A program made the position numbers and the translations under genes. Below are positions 40,501 to 50,432 of a DNA stretch of 64,000 nucleotides, piece after piece. The stretch's first letter is position 1. Every line of letters starts with the position of its first letter. The stretch lies in NCBI GenBank assembly GCA_031411295.1, contig JANOAV010000124.1, positions 1-64,000 on the forward strand, read 5' to 3'. The stretch is from Verrucomicrobiales bacterium (GTDB lineage: Bacteria; Verrucomicrobiota; Verrucomicrobiia; Verrucomicrobiales; V1-33). Below the pieces are notes generated by a model. That model was not told the DNA's origin. It made no database searches and worked only from the letters and a program-made list of their open reading frames with translations.

Positions 40501-40983
40501 CGCGTTTAACCAGAGCTGATTCGGCTGCATGTAGCGGCAAATGTAGAGGTCGGTCTTGCCATCGCCATTGACGTCGCCCGCAGCCACACCAGCCACCCAT
40601 TCCTCGTTGCCTCCGCCGGATTTCAGACCAGAGGATTTCGTGGCGTCCGTGTATTTGATCTCGCCCTTCTTGCCAGTGTTCTGGTAAACGCGGCTGGCCT
40701 CGCGTCCACCACCGAACACCAAGTCCGGCCAGCCATCACCATTCAAATCCTCCACCACCACGCCCCCACACGTCATGCCGCTGTGATAAAGATAGCTCAG
40801 GGGATGGTCCACATTCATGGTGTTCACCATATCCACGCCTGTTTCCGCAGGCCCTAGGCGGGCGAAACTACCAGTGGCTGCGGCAGGCGCAGCAGCCTCT
40901 GCAAAGACAGGACTAGCATGAAACGCCAAGCCGAGGATGCTGGCGAATGTGAGGAAGAAGGAGGGAGGATTTGGGGAAGTCAT
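37552..40983 (-). CDS. FG-GAP/VCBS repeat protein with ASPIC/UnbV domain (CRTAC1-like)
   Basis: Signal peptide; many D.NGDG..DL repeats; GNPHAIGAEI...HFGLG...IRWP ASPIC motif. Confidence 0.9.
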   Translation of the reverse strand: MTSPNPPSFFLTFASILGLAFHASPVFAEAAAPAAATGSFARLGPAETGVDMVNTMNVDHPLSYLYHSGMTCGGVVVEDLNGDGWPDLVFGGGREASRVYQNTGKKGEIKYTDATKSSGLKSGGGNEEWVAGVAAGDVNGDGKTDLYICRYMQPNQLWLNATGSDGAIKFTLVPDSCGLGVIDCSHSAAFADYDGDGDLDLYVLTNRIEDPAGSQNDMSKLTEPGPGGVPVVKAEFQKYYSMWRYDFDHWGAEATGTPDFLFRNDSKNGEVKFTDVTKSAGIEGRGDGLSVTWWDYNRDGWPDLYVGNDFISADKLYKNNGDGTFTNVIADAAPHTPWFSMGCDQGDVNNDLWPDLLVADMSATSHFKSKTTMGVMGGLDNKRVYHSTPQQQMQNTLLIGTGTERFSEGARLYGVSSTDWTWAVKFADFDNDGWQDVYFTNGISRHMNDSDIKIEPEELLGKHMFEFWKNGEMRKEKNRVFRNSGHAKFEEISDAWGLGHVGVSYGAAYADLDGDGDLDLVTVNLEEPNAIWRNDLKGGHSLVVELKGSRGNPHAIGAEIVVKTKAGQQLRYLSPQTGYHSYNEPVAHFGLGAETEVAELKIRWPGKDGGEHVLTNVKADQRLTVDRPAKLDPRTPDVPVPAPLFKESQALAMLKVKDTGWEADFQRHVLLPHSYSQLGPCMAWGDVNGDGKADVYFGGSAGELPQLRLADGKGGFVAKWNEPFRADKDCEDSGAVFFDVDGDKDLDLCVVSGTNEFPADAKEQRARLYLNDGKGSFTTATGFPVINVFAGAVVAEDFDKDGKVDLFIGARCKAQDWPHSDRSRLLRNVSAKGTVKFEDITDKSDGLAKVGLVSGATAVDVNGDGWMDLALACEWGPIKLFINDKGSLQDGTKAAGLSAVVGWWHAVVPADLNGDGKMDLVASNIGLNTKYKTPDAEHPQLTYYGVFDDSQTWNVVEVKREKNDHGEFLYPERGRSCSSTAMPFIKKKFDTFKGFAVASLTEVYTDDKLKSAEKYEANEFRHGAWMNDGKGKFTWAPFMREAQNAVVFGIAAADFTSDGKVDLFLAQNWLYGPQIETSRYDNGVGMLLKNDGQGGMVPMAPLASGINILGDMKAVAVQDINGDGKQDIVVTRNSASTVVLQKQ

Positions 40984-41257
40984 CGGAACTCGGATGAGGA
41001 TTTGATTAATTGGCAGTTTGCCGTGAATTTGCCGCCAGAGTCAAGCGGGATACGCAAGCTTACACGCGTGACACGCGTGACTGAAGGCGGATTTTTTGGG
41101 GTAAATACGCCCGACCATTTCGCCTTGTTTGAGGAAATTCAGGGCTAAATTTTCGTCAATATAAATCGCATCGCCATTATAATTTCCATAAAAAGTCTTG
41201 TAGTTCAGCTATCCGAGGATATACTTACTTAAAGCTCAATCTTTAGCCACTAACGTC

Positions 41258-42571
41258 ATGCAAATTGATTCTCCGTCCGCGCAAACGCCCCGACCACGCT
41301 GGCCCCGGCGGATCATGCGTGTCCTTTTCTGTCGTCGTGTGAGACGAGTATTGGCAATGCTGGCGTTAGTCTGGGGAATCGGATTGATGGTGGAACACTT
41401 CCGTGCGGAACGGGCCTGGGCTGCCGTGGAGGCAGACATGGCGGCTCGCGGATTCTCCTGGGCGGAAATTGCGGTTCCAACACCTTTGGCGGATTCCGAC
41501 AATGTGGCCATGCACCCTGTCTTCGCTCCAGCCTTAGCGGCACACTCGGGACCAGTCACAGCCCAGAATCCGCTGCAATGGCACTTCGGTGAGCTTCAGA
41601 AAAAGTATGACGTGGCGCTGCCCACGCCCCCACCCCGCCCGGGCCGGCCGGAAGTTAGTTTGTCGGAATACATGACATTTCTGACTAGCACCTCCGTGGG
41701 CACAGGACATAATCCTGATGAACTAAAGTCTATGCTCCTAGCAGCTACAGGTTCGCTCAACGAATATGCAGATGGCATCAACGAAGCCAGTCAACGGCCG
41801 CACACCTGCTGGTGCCCCTACACTCTGGCTGCAGGCGAGCCTGACTTGGTGGTCCGACGTCCACTTGCCGCTGTTAGTAACGGTTTTGAATTCTGTGAGC
41901 ACATAAATCGGTGGTTGTCGCTGCGTGCTCAGGTATTGCTGGAGCGCCAGCAAGTTGAAGCCGCACGGGCGTCTGTGCTGGCGATGGTGAATACGGGGAA
42001 ACTTTTCCATCAACCCGAAGGCACAACAATCGTGACCGGACTGGTGGACATGGCGTTCGAAGGCATCATGCAGAAATATTTAGAGGTGTGTCTGGCTCAT
42101 CCAGGCTGGCGGGGCCAAGATCTGGGCATGATAGCAGCGGAGTTACGCAAGCTAGATCTACGGTCTGCGGCTCCGTCCCTGTTGCGTCGCCAAATGCTAT
42201 TCAGAATGAAAGAGATCCTCCAACAAAAAGAACCGAGTTGGAGCGAGTTGCTGGTGTTGGCAGAGCACAGGCCCCCTGTCATCCCCAGATCCAACGCACC
42301 TTCGAGAAATTGGGAGCGCATCGGACGCATGTTCCCAGACAGTTGGTGCAAACAAAATGCGGCTTCGCTCTATTGGGCCCAGACAAAAGCATACCTCAAC
42401 CCCGGTGGCTCTGGCAGTGGGATTTTCCCGCCAGAACTACTGCACATTAATCCATACAACATACTAGCCGCTCTGGCCACACAACCGCTGTGCAACCTTA
42501 GCGCTCAATCTGACCAACTCCAACAGCAACGGGAGCGGATGCAGCACTCATGCGAAGTTGCTCAACGCTAA
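41258..42571 (+). CDS. Hypothetical membrane-anchored helical protein, possibly C-terminally truncated
   Basis: 437-aa ORF; basic N-terminus followed by one TM helix. Confidence 0.6.
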   Translation: MQIDSPSAQTPRPRWPRRIMRVLFCRRVRRVLAMLALVWGIGLMVEHFRAERAWAAVEADMAARGFSWAEIAVPTPLADSDNVAMHPVFAPALAAHSGPVTAQNPLQWHFGELQKKYDVALPTPPPRPGRPEVSLSEYMTFLTSTSVGTGHNPDELKSMLLAATGSLNEYADGINEASQRPHTCWCPYTLAAGEPDLVVRRPLAAVSNGFEFCEHINRWLSLRAQVLLERQQVEAARASVLAMVNTGKLFHQPEGTTIVTGLVDMAFEGIMQKYLEVCLAHPGWRGQDLGMIAAELRKLDLRSAAPSLLRRQMLFRMKEILQQKEPSWSELLVLAEHRPPVIPRSNAPSRNWERIGRMFPDSWCKQNAASLYWAQTKAYLNPGGSGSGIFPPELLHINPYNILAALATQPLCNLSAQSDQLQQQRERMQHSCEVAQR

Positions 42572-42573
42572 CT

Positions 42574-42756
42574 TGCCCGGCCAGCGGATTCACGGATTTT
42601 TCCGCGCTTGGAAGCGAAATCGTCCTGTTAGGCATGCTCGCGATTTGTCGCACTGGAACCCGATTAATGTGGGATTCTGCAGCCATGAAATTTACGAATG
42701 ATGAACAGGCGAATGCGTTCCTAACGCCTCGGTATCGCGAAGGCTGGAAGATGTAA
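42574..42756 (+). pseudogene. C-terminal remnant of a Gfo/Idh/MocA oxidoreductase
   Basis: CPASGFTDFSALGSEIVLLGMLAICRTGTRLMWDSAAMKFTNDEQANAFLTPRYREGWKM* resembles the PVC Gfo/Idh/MocA tail (EIVLLGNLA.R.G..L.WD...MKFTN...AN.FL...YR.GW). Confidence 0.7.
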
Positions 42757-42763
42757 GTGGATG

Positions 42764-42846
42764 GTGGAGGGCGAGGTGACGAGACCCACGCCACGCCAAG
42801 TAGAATCTGCTCTGCATGGTGCGGGTCTCCTAACGTCGCCCTCCAC
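42764..42846. repeat. GTGG-capped long inverted repeat (REPIN-like) between convergent genes
   Basis: 26-bp arms at 42764-42789 and 42821-42846, 22 of 26 positions complementary. Confidence 0.7.
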
Positions 42847-42855
42847 GAAAATTCC

Positions 42856-45800
42856 CTACGGTGCGGGCAGGGTGACTAGCAGCCGCATGAATTCGCGACT
42901 GTCGGTGCTGTAGGGTTGGGGGCAGCGGTAAACGTAGGTGGTGCTGGCGTCGCCATTTACGGTGGTGTTGACGAGCACGGCATCGGCGGTCCAGGCGTCG
43001 GTATTGCCGAGATCGCTGGAGGTCTGGGCGGCTACGGTGACGTCCGCGGTATTGGGCGCGCGGGTGTAGGTCAGCGTTTGATAGGGTTCGGCCGGATTGG
43101 CTCCGACGACGAGGTTCATGAGGGCGGAGGTGGGGAGTTTATCCGTGCTGCTGGCGGCTCCATCTGCATTGGTGGGATTGGTGCCAAGGATGTATTCGAT
43201 GAGATCGGAAATGCCGTCTTTGTCGTTGTCGCCCTGGCCATTGGAACTGGCTGCGTTGGCCATTTGGAAGGCAATGTAGCCGAAGTCGGGGCCGCCGGGA
43301 TTACCGAGATTGACGAGGTGGCTTGTCCATTCAGCGGGGACGCTGTTAGCGGCACTGGCGGCAGGAGCGTTGGGGGTTAGGAAGAGCAGCGTGGGGCCGT
43401 TGCCTTTGGGGGCGGCAGGCCAGACTTCGGTGGAGGGTAAGGGTGGATTGTAGAAGACAGATTGGATCACGGCGGCACTGGCATCCGTTAGCGTGATGCG
43501 TTCGCCTCCATTGTTTAAGGCGCCCAGCCAGGGGCCGAAAATTTGACCGACCGGCACGGCTGGATAACGCGAGGAGAAGGAGACGGGATCACGCACCACA
43601 ACGAGTCGAGCGCCAGGTGCCAAGGTGCTGCCGTCAGGGAAGGTGTAGTCCATGGCAATGCTGAATTTCACGCCAGTGAGCTGGAGGGTGGTGGCAGAAA
43701 CATTCCGGAGTTCAATGAATTCATAGAGCTGAGGATCTGCCGCAGTGCCCGGATTGACGGCACCACCGGGGCTGACGCTTCCGGCGGGGTTGTAGTTGAT
43801 TTCCGTGATTACGAAATTGGCATGGGTGGCGGGGGCACCAATGATGTAGCTGGTTTCGAAGAGACCGCTCCAAGTGGTGCCGTCATAGACGCGGGCTTGG
43901 ACGATGCCGGTGGTGGCGAGGTTGACCGTGCCCGTGGCTCCGGTGCCTGCGCTGATGGCAGAGGGGGAGGGGAGTCCAGTGATGATCGCCCGTGGGTCAG
44001 TGCCATTCGTGGTGTAGTAAATGGTGTAGGTCGTGGCCCCGGTCGTATTGTTATTGCTGATCGTGAGCGTGGTATTCACGGGATAAATTCCCGCTGCGAG
44101 ATCGAAGGTGGGCGTGCCGATGATAGGATAGAGCGGCAGACTCAACAGGCTGGAATCGTTGGGATTCGGCGGGGTGGCGGCATCAAAGGTGACTCCGCTG
44201 GCGTTGGCTTTATCGCGGTAGTTCTGGAGTTGCTTGATGATTTCTGCGGTGCGGCCGATGCCAGTGGTGGCGGGGTTGTTGAGCCAGGCGGTGTAGGCTT
44301 GGTTGCTGCCGCGCGCGACCCAATCATAGAGGAAATTTTTCGCATTGACCCAGGAGGAGACTTGATAGTCGGCCAACGCCTGCCCTTTGGCATCGCCCCA
44401 GCGGGCGGATTCGCCAATGATGACGCTGCCCACGGTGGTGGCGCGGGAATCGAGCCGTTTGGTCACTTCTGTTTGCGTGAGCGCACCACCCGTGCGGCCC
44501 AAGTGTTTGTAGGCGCGGTCTGCAAAGAGACGGCGGTATTCCCGGCTGAAGCAGAGGTCCTCGTGGATCAACTGTGGATTGCTCTTGAGGTATGTCACGG
44601 TGAGTTCATACATGAGTTGGCCTTTCCAATTGCGCTCTTGTTTGGCATTGGTGTCCGCTGCGCTGACGGAACCTCCCAACACGCCATCACCCGCACCCCA
44701 CGGGCCCGTGCGGTCGAAGCTGCGGGCATCGGTGGAATGGAGTTGCCAAGCGGTGGAAGCGTAAGTCACTGGGGTGCCAGTATTTCCTGTGACCGAAGTT
44801 CCAATCTGAATGCCTACAGGAACGGCCACCGAGCCTCCCGTGGTGCCGCTGCCACGGGTGATGGTGCCCGCAGTCGCTCCGCTGTTCCAATCGGTGCCGA
44901 AACCGTGTTCGAAATCATGGGCGAAGAATTTAAAGCCCTCGTTGCCGTTACGATCTCTCACGCCGAACCAGTTGTTAGATCCGCCAGTGACGAAGGTGGA
45001 CATGGGGGCATCGTAGCTGCCGCAGTAGAAGGACGTGATCAAATAATCCGCCAGATTGTCCACGTCCAAGAGCACGGGATGGTTCACGGAGTCATTCCAT
45101 GGGGTGCCGTCCGGCTTCATGCCCATCAGATCGAGTAAACGTTCGTCTCTCTGCGCCTCGGTGAGTCCAGCGGTGAGCCGAAGCTCGCGAGCGCGCCACC
45201 AGAGCCGTGCCCACGCGCTGCCAGGATTGGCGGAAGTGCCTTGGAGCATGGAGCCATCCGTGGCTTCGGTATTGTAGCCGTTGGCGTTGCCGGCGGATTT
45301 GACGACATCGTAATTGTTTTTGTCTCCACCCAGATACGTCTCGCCATAGGAAGCTTCGGTGCGTTCCTCAATTTCATGCAAGCCCCAGTAAACGCCATTT
45401 ACATAGAGGTGATAGTAGCGACCGTGACCATAGGGCTGGCCCATATCCCGCTGGGTATCACGAGCGAAGACATCGCGCATCATGGTGTTCATGTTGATGC
45501 GTTTTGTGGTAGAAACACCACCAGGCGGGGTGTAAACCAACTGGGAATTCGTCGGGGCATAAGACCATGCGTAATTGTTAGAGGTCTTGATGTCGAACTG
45601 GTCAAATTTACTGCCCCCGTCGGCTCCGAAGAGCGGATAACTCAACGATCCATCGAGTTCAGAACGGAAATACATATGCCACTCTCGTTTTGGGTTGCCT
45701 GCGGCCCGGCTAGCTCCACCGCGGATGCGCACACCGCTGGCGATTTGGAATTGGCCATTGCCACCGACGAGGGGATCTTTCGTGGCGAGCGTGGGATCGG

Positions 45801-48800
45801 CGTAAACGTCGTTGATCAACTCTAACGAGCCCACGCGTTCCCAGGCTTTGCCACGCTGGCTGGGATTGACGAAGATGCCGCTGGTTTTATCGAACAAACT
45901 GGCGGGATCAACCACCAGTGAGAGGCTGGGAATAGCCTTCAGGGCTGCCTGAATGGCGGCTTCATTACCTGTAGTGATGAGCGGATCCATGCCGTAATCG
46001 AAGACTTGGCTGTTCAGCGTGGGGGCGGCAACTCCGTTGGGCTCATTCGGCCAGCCTTGCGCAATGGCTTGGGCGCGATTCTGCGTCACGACATCCGGCA
46101 CGAAAATGTAAGTCTGGGTGTCGATGTTGGTGGGTGCATAATTTTTACGAAAACCGGCCGCTCGGATGACGCTGGTTTTATCGATCAGCAATGGAGCGGT
46201 GTAAATGTTCCCTTTATAAATCGTGGGTTCCGAGCCATCCGTCGTGTATCGAATCTGGGCGGCAGGATCGGTGGTAGTGATGGCTAGATTAAAAGGTGCG
46301 GTGTAATTATTGCCCCGATCATGATCGAAATGCGTGTCGCCCACGAAGCCGAGATAACTGGCGTAGTTCCGGCCCCCAGGAGTGGGCACAACAATGACAC
46401 CCACGTTCAGGCCAGCTCCGGAGATCCCGTAGGAGCGGTCCTTTTTCTGCTCGGGATAGGTGTAGGAGCTGACCGTGAGGTAGGTGTTCGTAGCGGTGCC
46501 ATCATCCTTGGTCAGGGCCACGTAACCGGTGGTCGCTGGCAAGGTGAAGTTGGCAGCTAGCTTGAAATTCGTGTGGATTTCGCCCGTGGGATAAACGGTA
46601 TTTTTGCCGGAGGCGAAGACCACTAGGTATTGTCCAGGCTGGATCGTGGGCGCTCCGGTAGTGGCAAATTTAAATTTGGCAGGTAGAGCGGCATCGTCTG
46701 TTAGGGCGTAGCCGGAGAGATTGATGGCGGCCGCCGTGCCGTTGTAGAGTTCGATCCAGTCAGAGTTCTGGCCATCGTAATCTGCCAGGGTGCCGCTATT
46801 GCTAGCCTGGAACTCACTGATGATCAGCCCGCTGGTGACAATGGCGGGAGCGGGGGCAGCGAGGGGCTCGAAAAGGACATTCGTGCCTTGTGCGGTGGTG
46901 AAAAACACTTCCATGGCATAGCCGCCGGTGCCTTGGAACCACGTGTAGCGAATGGCGTGAGGCCCAGTAGTTAGGTGACGATCATTGGTGGTCGTGATGG
47001 GACCGTGACCAGCGTCATCGACAATCACTTCCTCGCCCGGATCCAGGAAATCACCATCGTTGTTCAAATCAATCTGGAGGCGGGCTCCGTCATCGTTGTT
47101 GATGCTGATAGTGTAATCGTCAGCGTAGTTGACGACGATGGTAGCCGTGCCCACCGCCGCCATGTCGGTGGTGGTAGTGGGACCGAATTCCGTGGGCCAA
47201 GTGTCGCCACCGAAGACGCCGGAAGCGGTGTTGTTAGCGAAATTGATGCGAGGAATGTTGGTCTTCGGGATGGGAGTAGCCGTGGTCACGCCGCCGACGA
47301 CAACGGTGCCGCGCGCAGCTGTGCCAGCGATGAGGGCATCCGTGTTGGCGAGGTTTGTCATGGTGCCGGCGGTGGCAGCTTTATACATCGTCATGGTCCA
47401 ACCATTGGCATCCAAGCCCAGCAGCGCATTGATCGTGGCGGTGGTGGTGGCAGTGGACGTGCCGTAAATGTTGGTGGCCGTGATGGTGTAGGTCGTGGTG
47501 CTGCCGGGATAGTCACAGGCGTCACCCAGGAACGTCCGAACCGCAGACGGTGCCAAGTTTCCTAACCGAGGACTGATGACTGCCGTGTCCGCGTCGGTCA
47601 CATCGTAATGCACGGTGTAAATGGTGCCCGGTTCTGTCCCTGTAGCGCCTGCAGTGGCGGTAAACGCAGCGATGGCCGGAGGTGGGGCCACGGTGATAAG
47701 CAACGTTGCGGTGGTGGAACCAACAGAATTCGTTGCGGTTAGGGTATAAGTGTAAGTGCCAGGAGCGGTGCCATTGGAAACGGTAAATGCTTTGGTGCCG
47801 GAATTGATGCCCGCAGTCGTGGTAAGGGTGGCGCTGCCGACCCCATTATCAATGCTCCAGGAGGTGCCGCCGATGGTTCCAATGCTGAAGGTAGAGCCGA
47901 AATTAGGTGCCAAAGTATTGTCTGCCACGGTGAAGTTCGTGATGACCGGGGCTTGATTGATGTAAACGGTCACGGTTTTGGTCACGGTATTTCCCGCATG
48001 AGTCCCGGCCAGCGTGTAGGTGGTGGTTTCCGTTGGCGCTGGGCTGAGAATGATGTCGCCACGATTGCTGGTTAGGCTTTGCAGCGTGGTGGTGCCATTA
48101 CTTGCGCGGGTCTGGGTGATGCTAGGGCTGTCGCAGAAACGTTGATCGTAAGTCAGCTTAATTTGTGACGGAGGCGTGCCAATGATGACATTGGTATCGC
48201 AGGATAGCTCGACCAGCGGCACTTGGTCCACCAGTGCCAAGCCCCCTTGGGACGTGTCTCCCACGAGCCGCCAAGGATCCGCCCCACGCGGTGGAGCGAT
48301 CTGGGTGATGGCCGTCAGGGTGCCGGGAGCAGCCCAGAGTTCCACCCAGGAACCACCCGTTTTTTCATAATAATCCAAGCGCACATTGTAATCTCCCGGC
48401 GGCAGGACAATGGTGCTGAAGACATTGGAGTTGCCGCCCGTAGCCCCATGCACGGAGACATCTCCGCTGATGAGAGAATTCGCGTTGGAGCGAGAGAACC
48501 ACGTCTGGTTGTAGATCGTGAGTTGGGTGCCATCGTCCCCGCCGTGGAAGAAGGTCCATTTATTATCGGCCGCCGCTACGCCCGCAGGAATGCGGATACA
48601 GCCAGTGGCGGTCATCATGGCGTGGTCTTCATTGCCCGCGATATTCCAAGGTGTCGTGTAGTAATAACTGGTGGTGTTAGGCGGAATGGCAGGAACGGCA
48701 ATTGCCGCAGTGGGTCCAGCGTAGATCCCAGTAGCTCCGGAGTTGTCAGGATCACGGAAGGAAATTTTGCCATAGAGGTTATTGCTATCGATCCACGCAT

Positions 48801-49848
48801 CATTGTTGAAGCGGGTAATGGCGGATTTATTGCGCAGAATATAACTGACATCACCCAAGCCATTTAGCGTGGTGCCACCCACAACATTGGGGCCTTCCGC
48901 GTCCCGCAGCGCCCGCACGCCGAAGTTTCCCGGCGTGCCCCAGGGCTCTCCCACGTTCCAAGGATAACTGCGATTAATGATCCCCAGGCGACCCGTGGCA
49001 GGCACGGTCCGCGGGTCCGCTCCCTTGGCTAACGAGAACACTTCGGCCGCTGTTAGGGCGTGATTAAAAATGGCCACATCATCCAACTGCACGCTGGAGT
49101 AACTCCCAATGACCCCGGCCACGCTGCGGGCCCCGAAGACCAGCGGTTCGGCCGAAGCGGCAATCTTGCCGTTGGCTGTGGGCGAGACCGATCGAGTCTG
49201 CATTCCGTTAATATAAACGGATTTAACCGTGTTATCATAGGTCAAGGTAACATGCGTCCAACGCCCCGGCCCCAGGGGATTGGGAGTAGGGGAGCCACTA
49301 GGCAGGGAAGCGTTTACCCCCACGGTATCCGGCGGTTCGAAATCCACATTGGAGAGCCCCTGCGTGGTGTGCATGAGATTGACGGTGGCCGCAGAGGTGC
49401 GTTTGATCTGCCAGCCTTGCGCTGAAGCCGTGGTGCCGTTCTTGGCGATGATGGGCAAATCCGCCGCTTGCGGCCAAGCCTTGAACCAGAAACTAACCGT
49501 AAATGGACCACCAGCGAAATTGAAGTCCGTGTTGGAAGCCCCACTCCCCACGGCTCCGATCTGCACGTAATTATTGCCCCCCAGCAAAGACAAAGATTTC
49601 GCTCCCGCAATGCCGGCCAATTCTGCCGGCACATCAGTGAGATATTTTGTATCCGGAGTGGTCCCGACAACATTCAACGTGCCGTTGTAGCCCTTGCCGG
49701 ATTGATCCAGCACCGTGCCCGTCGTGCCAGACGTTGGCGGGGTATCAGCATCAAAAGTCCAGTAACCAATCAGGGCCGCAGGGCTGTGGCTGGCCAGGGC
49801 GAGTAAGCCGACAGCGGTGCTTAGAAACCAACGAGGAGAGCGTTTCAT
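42856..49848 (-). CDS. Giant secreted LamG/PA14/Ig/lamin-tail/CotH-kinase protein
   Basis: Signal peptide; LamG (LDDVAIFNHALT); PA14-like (DDG motifs); LTD (ISEFQASN, DWIELYN); YTTDGSEP; CotH (YHLYVNGVYWGLHEIEER); C-terminal DNDKDG..REFMRL. Confidence 0.88.
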   Translation of the reverse strand: MKRSPRWFLSTAVGLLALASHSPAALIGYWTFDADTPPTSGTTGTVLDQSGKGYNGTLNVVGTTPDTKYLTDVPAELAGIAGAKSLSLLGGNNYVQIGAVGSGASNTDFNFAGGPFTVSFWFKAWPQAADLPIIAKNGTTASAQGWQIKRTSAATVNLMHTTQGLSNVDFEPPDTVGVNASLPSGSPTPNPLGPGRWTHVTLTYDNTVKSVYINGMQTRSVSPTANGKIAASAEPLVFGARSVAGVIGSYSSVQLDDVAIFNHALTAAEVFSLAKGADPRTVPATGRLGIINRSYPWNVGEPWGTPGNFGVRALRDAEGPNVVGGTTLNGLGDVSYILRNKSAITRFNNDAWIDSNNLYGKISFRDPDNSGATGIYAGPTAAIAVPAIPPNTTSYYYTTPWNIAGNEDHAMMTATGCIRIPAGVAAADNKWTFFHGGDDGTQLTIYNQTWFSRSNANSLISGDVSVHGATGGNSNVFSTIVLPPGDYNVRLDYYEKTGGSWVELWAAPGTLTAITQIAPPRGADPWRLVGDTSQGGLALVDQVPLVELSCDTNVIIGTPPSQIKLTYDQRFCDSPSITQTRASNGTTTLQSLTSNRGDIILSPAPTETTTYTLAGTHAGNTVTKTVTVYINQAPVITNFTVADNTLAPNFGSTFSIGTIGGTSWSIDNGVGSATLTTTAGINSGTKAFTVSNGTAPGTYTYTLTATNSVGSTTATLLITVAPPPAIAAFTATAGATGTEPGTIYTVHYDVTDADTAVISPRLGNLAPSAVRTFLGDACDYPGSTTTYTITATNIYGTSTATTTATINALLGLDANGWTMTMYKAATAGTMTNLANTDALIAGTAARGTVVVGGVTTATPIPKTNIPRINFANNTASGVFGGDTWPTEFGPTTTTDMAAVGTATIVVNYADDYTISINNDDGARLQIDLNNDGDFLDPGEEVIVDDAGHGPITTTNDRHLTTGPHAIRYTWFQGTGGYAMEVFFTTAQGTNVLFEPLAAPAPAIVTSGLIISEFQASNSGTLADYDGQNSDWIELYNGTAAAINLSGYALTDDAALPAKFKFATTGAPTIQPGQYLVVFASGKNTVYPTGEIHTNFKLAANFTLPATTGYVALTKDDGTATNTYLTVSSYTYPEQKKDRSYGISGAGLNVGVIVVPTPGGRNYASYLGFVGDTHFDHDRGNNYTAPFNLAITTTDPAAQIRYTTDGSEPTIYKGNIYTAPLLIDKTSVIRAAGFRKNYAPTNIDTQTYIFVPDVVTQNRAQAIAQGWPNEPNGVAAPTLNSQVFDYGMDPLITTGNEAAIQAALKAIPSLSLVVDPASLFDKTSGIFVNPSQRGKAWERVGSLELINDVYADPTLATKDPLVGGNGQFQIASGVRIRGGASRAAGNPKREWHMYFRSELDGSLSYPLFGADGGSKFDQFDIKTSNNYAWSYAPTNSQLVYTPPGGVSTTKRINMNTMMRDVFARDTQRDMGQPYGHGRYYHLYVNGVYWGLHEIEERTEASYGETYLGGDKNNYDVVKSAGNANGYNTEATDGSMLQGTSANPGSAWARLWWRARELRLTAGLTEAQRDERLLDLMGMKPDGTPWNDSVNHPVLLDVDNLADYLITSFYCGSYDAPMSTFVTGGSNNWFGVRDRNGNEGFKFFAHDFEHGFGTDWNSGATAGTITRGSGTTGGSVAVPVGIQIGTSVTGNTGTPVTYASTAWQLHSTDARSFDRTGPWGAGDGVLGGSVSAADTNAKQERNWKGQLMYELTVTYLKSNPQLIHEDLCFSREYRRLFADRAYKHLGRTGGALTQTEVTKRLDSRATTVGSVIIGESARWGDAKGQALADYQVSSWVNAKNFLYDWVARGSNQAYTAWLNNPATTGIGRTAEIIKQLQNYRDKANASGVTFDAATPPNPNDSSLLSLPLYPIIGTPTFDLAAGIYPVNTTLTISNNNTTGATTYTIYYTTNGTDPRAIITGLPSPSAISAGTGATGTVNLATTGIVQARVYDGTTWSGLFETSYIIGAPATHANFVITEINYNPAGSVSPGGAVNPGTAADPQLYEFIELRNVSATTLQLTGVKFSIAMDYTFPDGSTLAPGARLVVVRDPVSFSSRYPAVPVGQIFGPWLGALNNGGERITLTDASAAVIQSVFYNPPLPSTEVWPAAPKGNGPTLLFLTPNAPAASAANSVPAEWTSHLVNLGNPGGPDFGYIAFQMANAASSNGQGDNDKDGISDLIEYILGTNPTNADGAASSTDKLPTSALMNLVVGANPAEPYQTLTYTRAPNTADVTVAAQTSSDLGNTDAWTADAVLVNTTVNGDASTTYVYRCPQPYSTDSREFMRLLVTLPAP

Positions 49849-49967
49849 TTTCGGGGAGGGATTAAGATGAGGACTGGAATCGAGGAGAGTCCCAGTTTGT
49901 AGCCAACTTTTTATGAAATGCGCGGAATGCTGTCGAGAACAATCCACGGGATTTCCCCGAAATTCTA

Positions 49968-50432
49968 TCAGAAGCCGGAACTGCCGTATTCCGCCCACGA
50001 ACTGCTTGTCTCCCAGACGCGGACGCACACGAGACGGACGCTGTCCCGCAGGACGTAGGCTGCGGAAGGGTTGGCGGTATAACGTTTCAGGTGCTCGGTG
50101 CAAACATTGAAGAATTCTCTGGCGAGGACCTCTGTAGTCGGCTCTGTGGCCTCGAAGCCAATCACCCGATCCCCATACGCCTCTTTGAAGGTGGGATACA
50201 TTTTGTCCAGGGTGTTCATGCAGAGGGCATGGTCGAACGTGTCCAAGTATTCACCCACCGCTTCCTTTAAAATTTTGAAATCACAGACCATACCGGCTGC
50301 GTCCAGTTCGTCCGCTTCCAGAATAAATTCCACTTTCCGCGTGTGCCCATGCGGAAACTTGCATTTGTCAGGATGCATTGACAACATGTGGCCATTTTCA
50401 ATTTCAAGGGATTTGCAGATGCGAAAAGGCAT
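49968..50432 (-). CDS. queD: 6-carboxy-5,6,7,8-tetrahydropterin synthase
   Basis: C..PHGH, GMVCDF, FDH, PTTEVLA, VRVWETSSSWAEY. Confidence 0.88.
   Translation of the reverse strand: MPFRICKSLEIENGHMLSMHPDKCKFPHGHTRKVEFILEADELDAAGMVCDFKILKEAVGEYLDTFDHALCMNTLDKMYPTFKEAYGDRVIGFEATEPTTEVLAREFFNVCTEHLKRYTANPSAAYVLRDSVRLVCVRVWETSSSWAEYGSSGF

Noticed and set aside
43543..45138. Long plus-strand ORF of 531 aa, and similar ones at 8034, 17333, 21376, 39364 and 50544
   Set aside because: Antisense shadows of well-supported genes in GC-rich DNA; no recognisable motifs
49849..50103. N-terminal extensions of ORF-track calls (also 3225-3344, 22354-22539, 6688-6777)
   Set aside because: Downstream ATGs give proper signal peptides or family N-termini and avoid overlaps with genes, repeats or promoters
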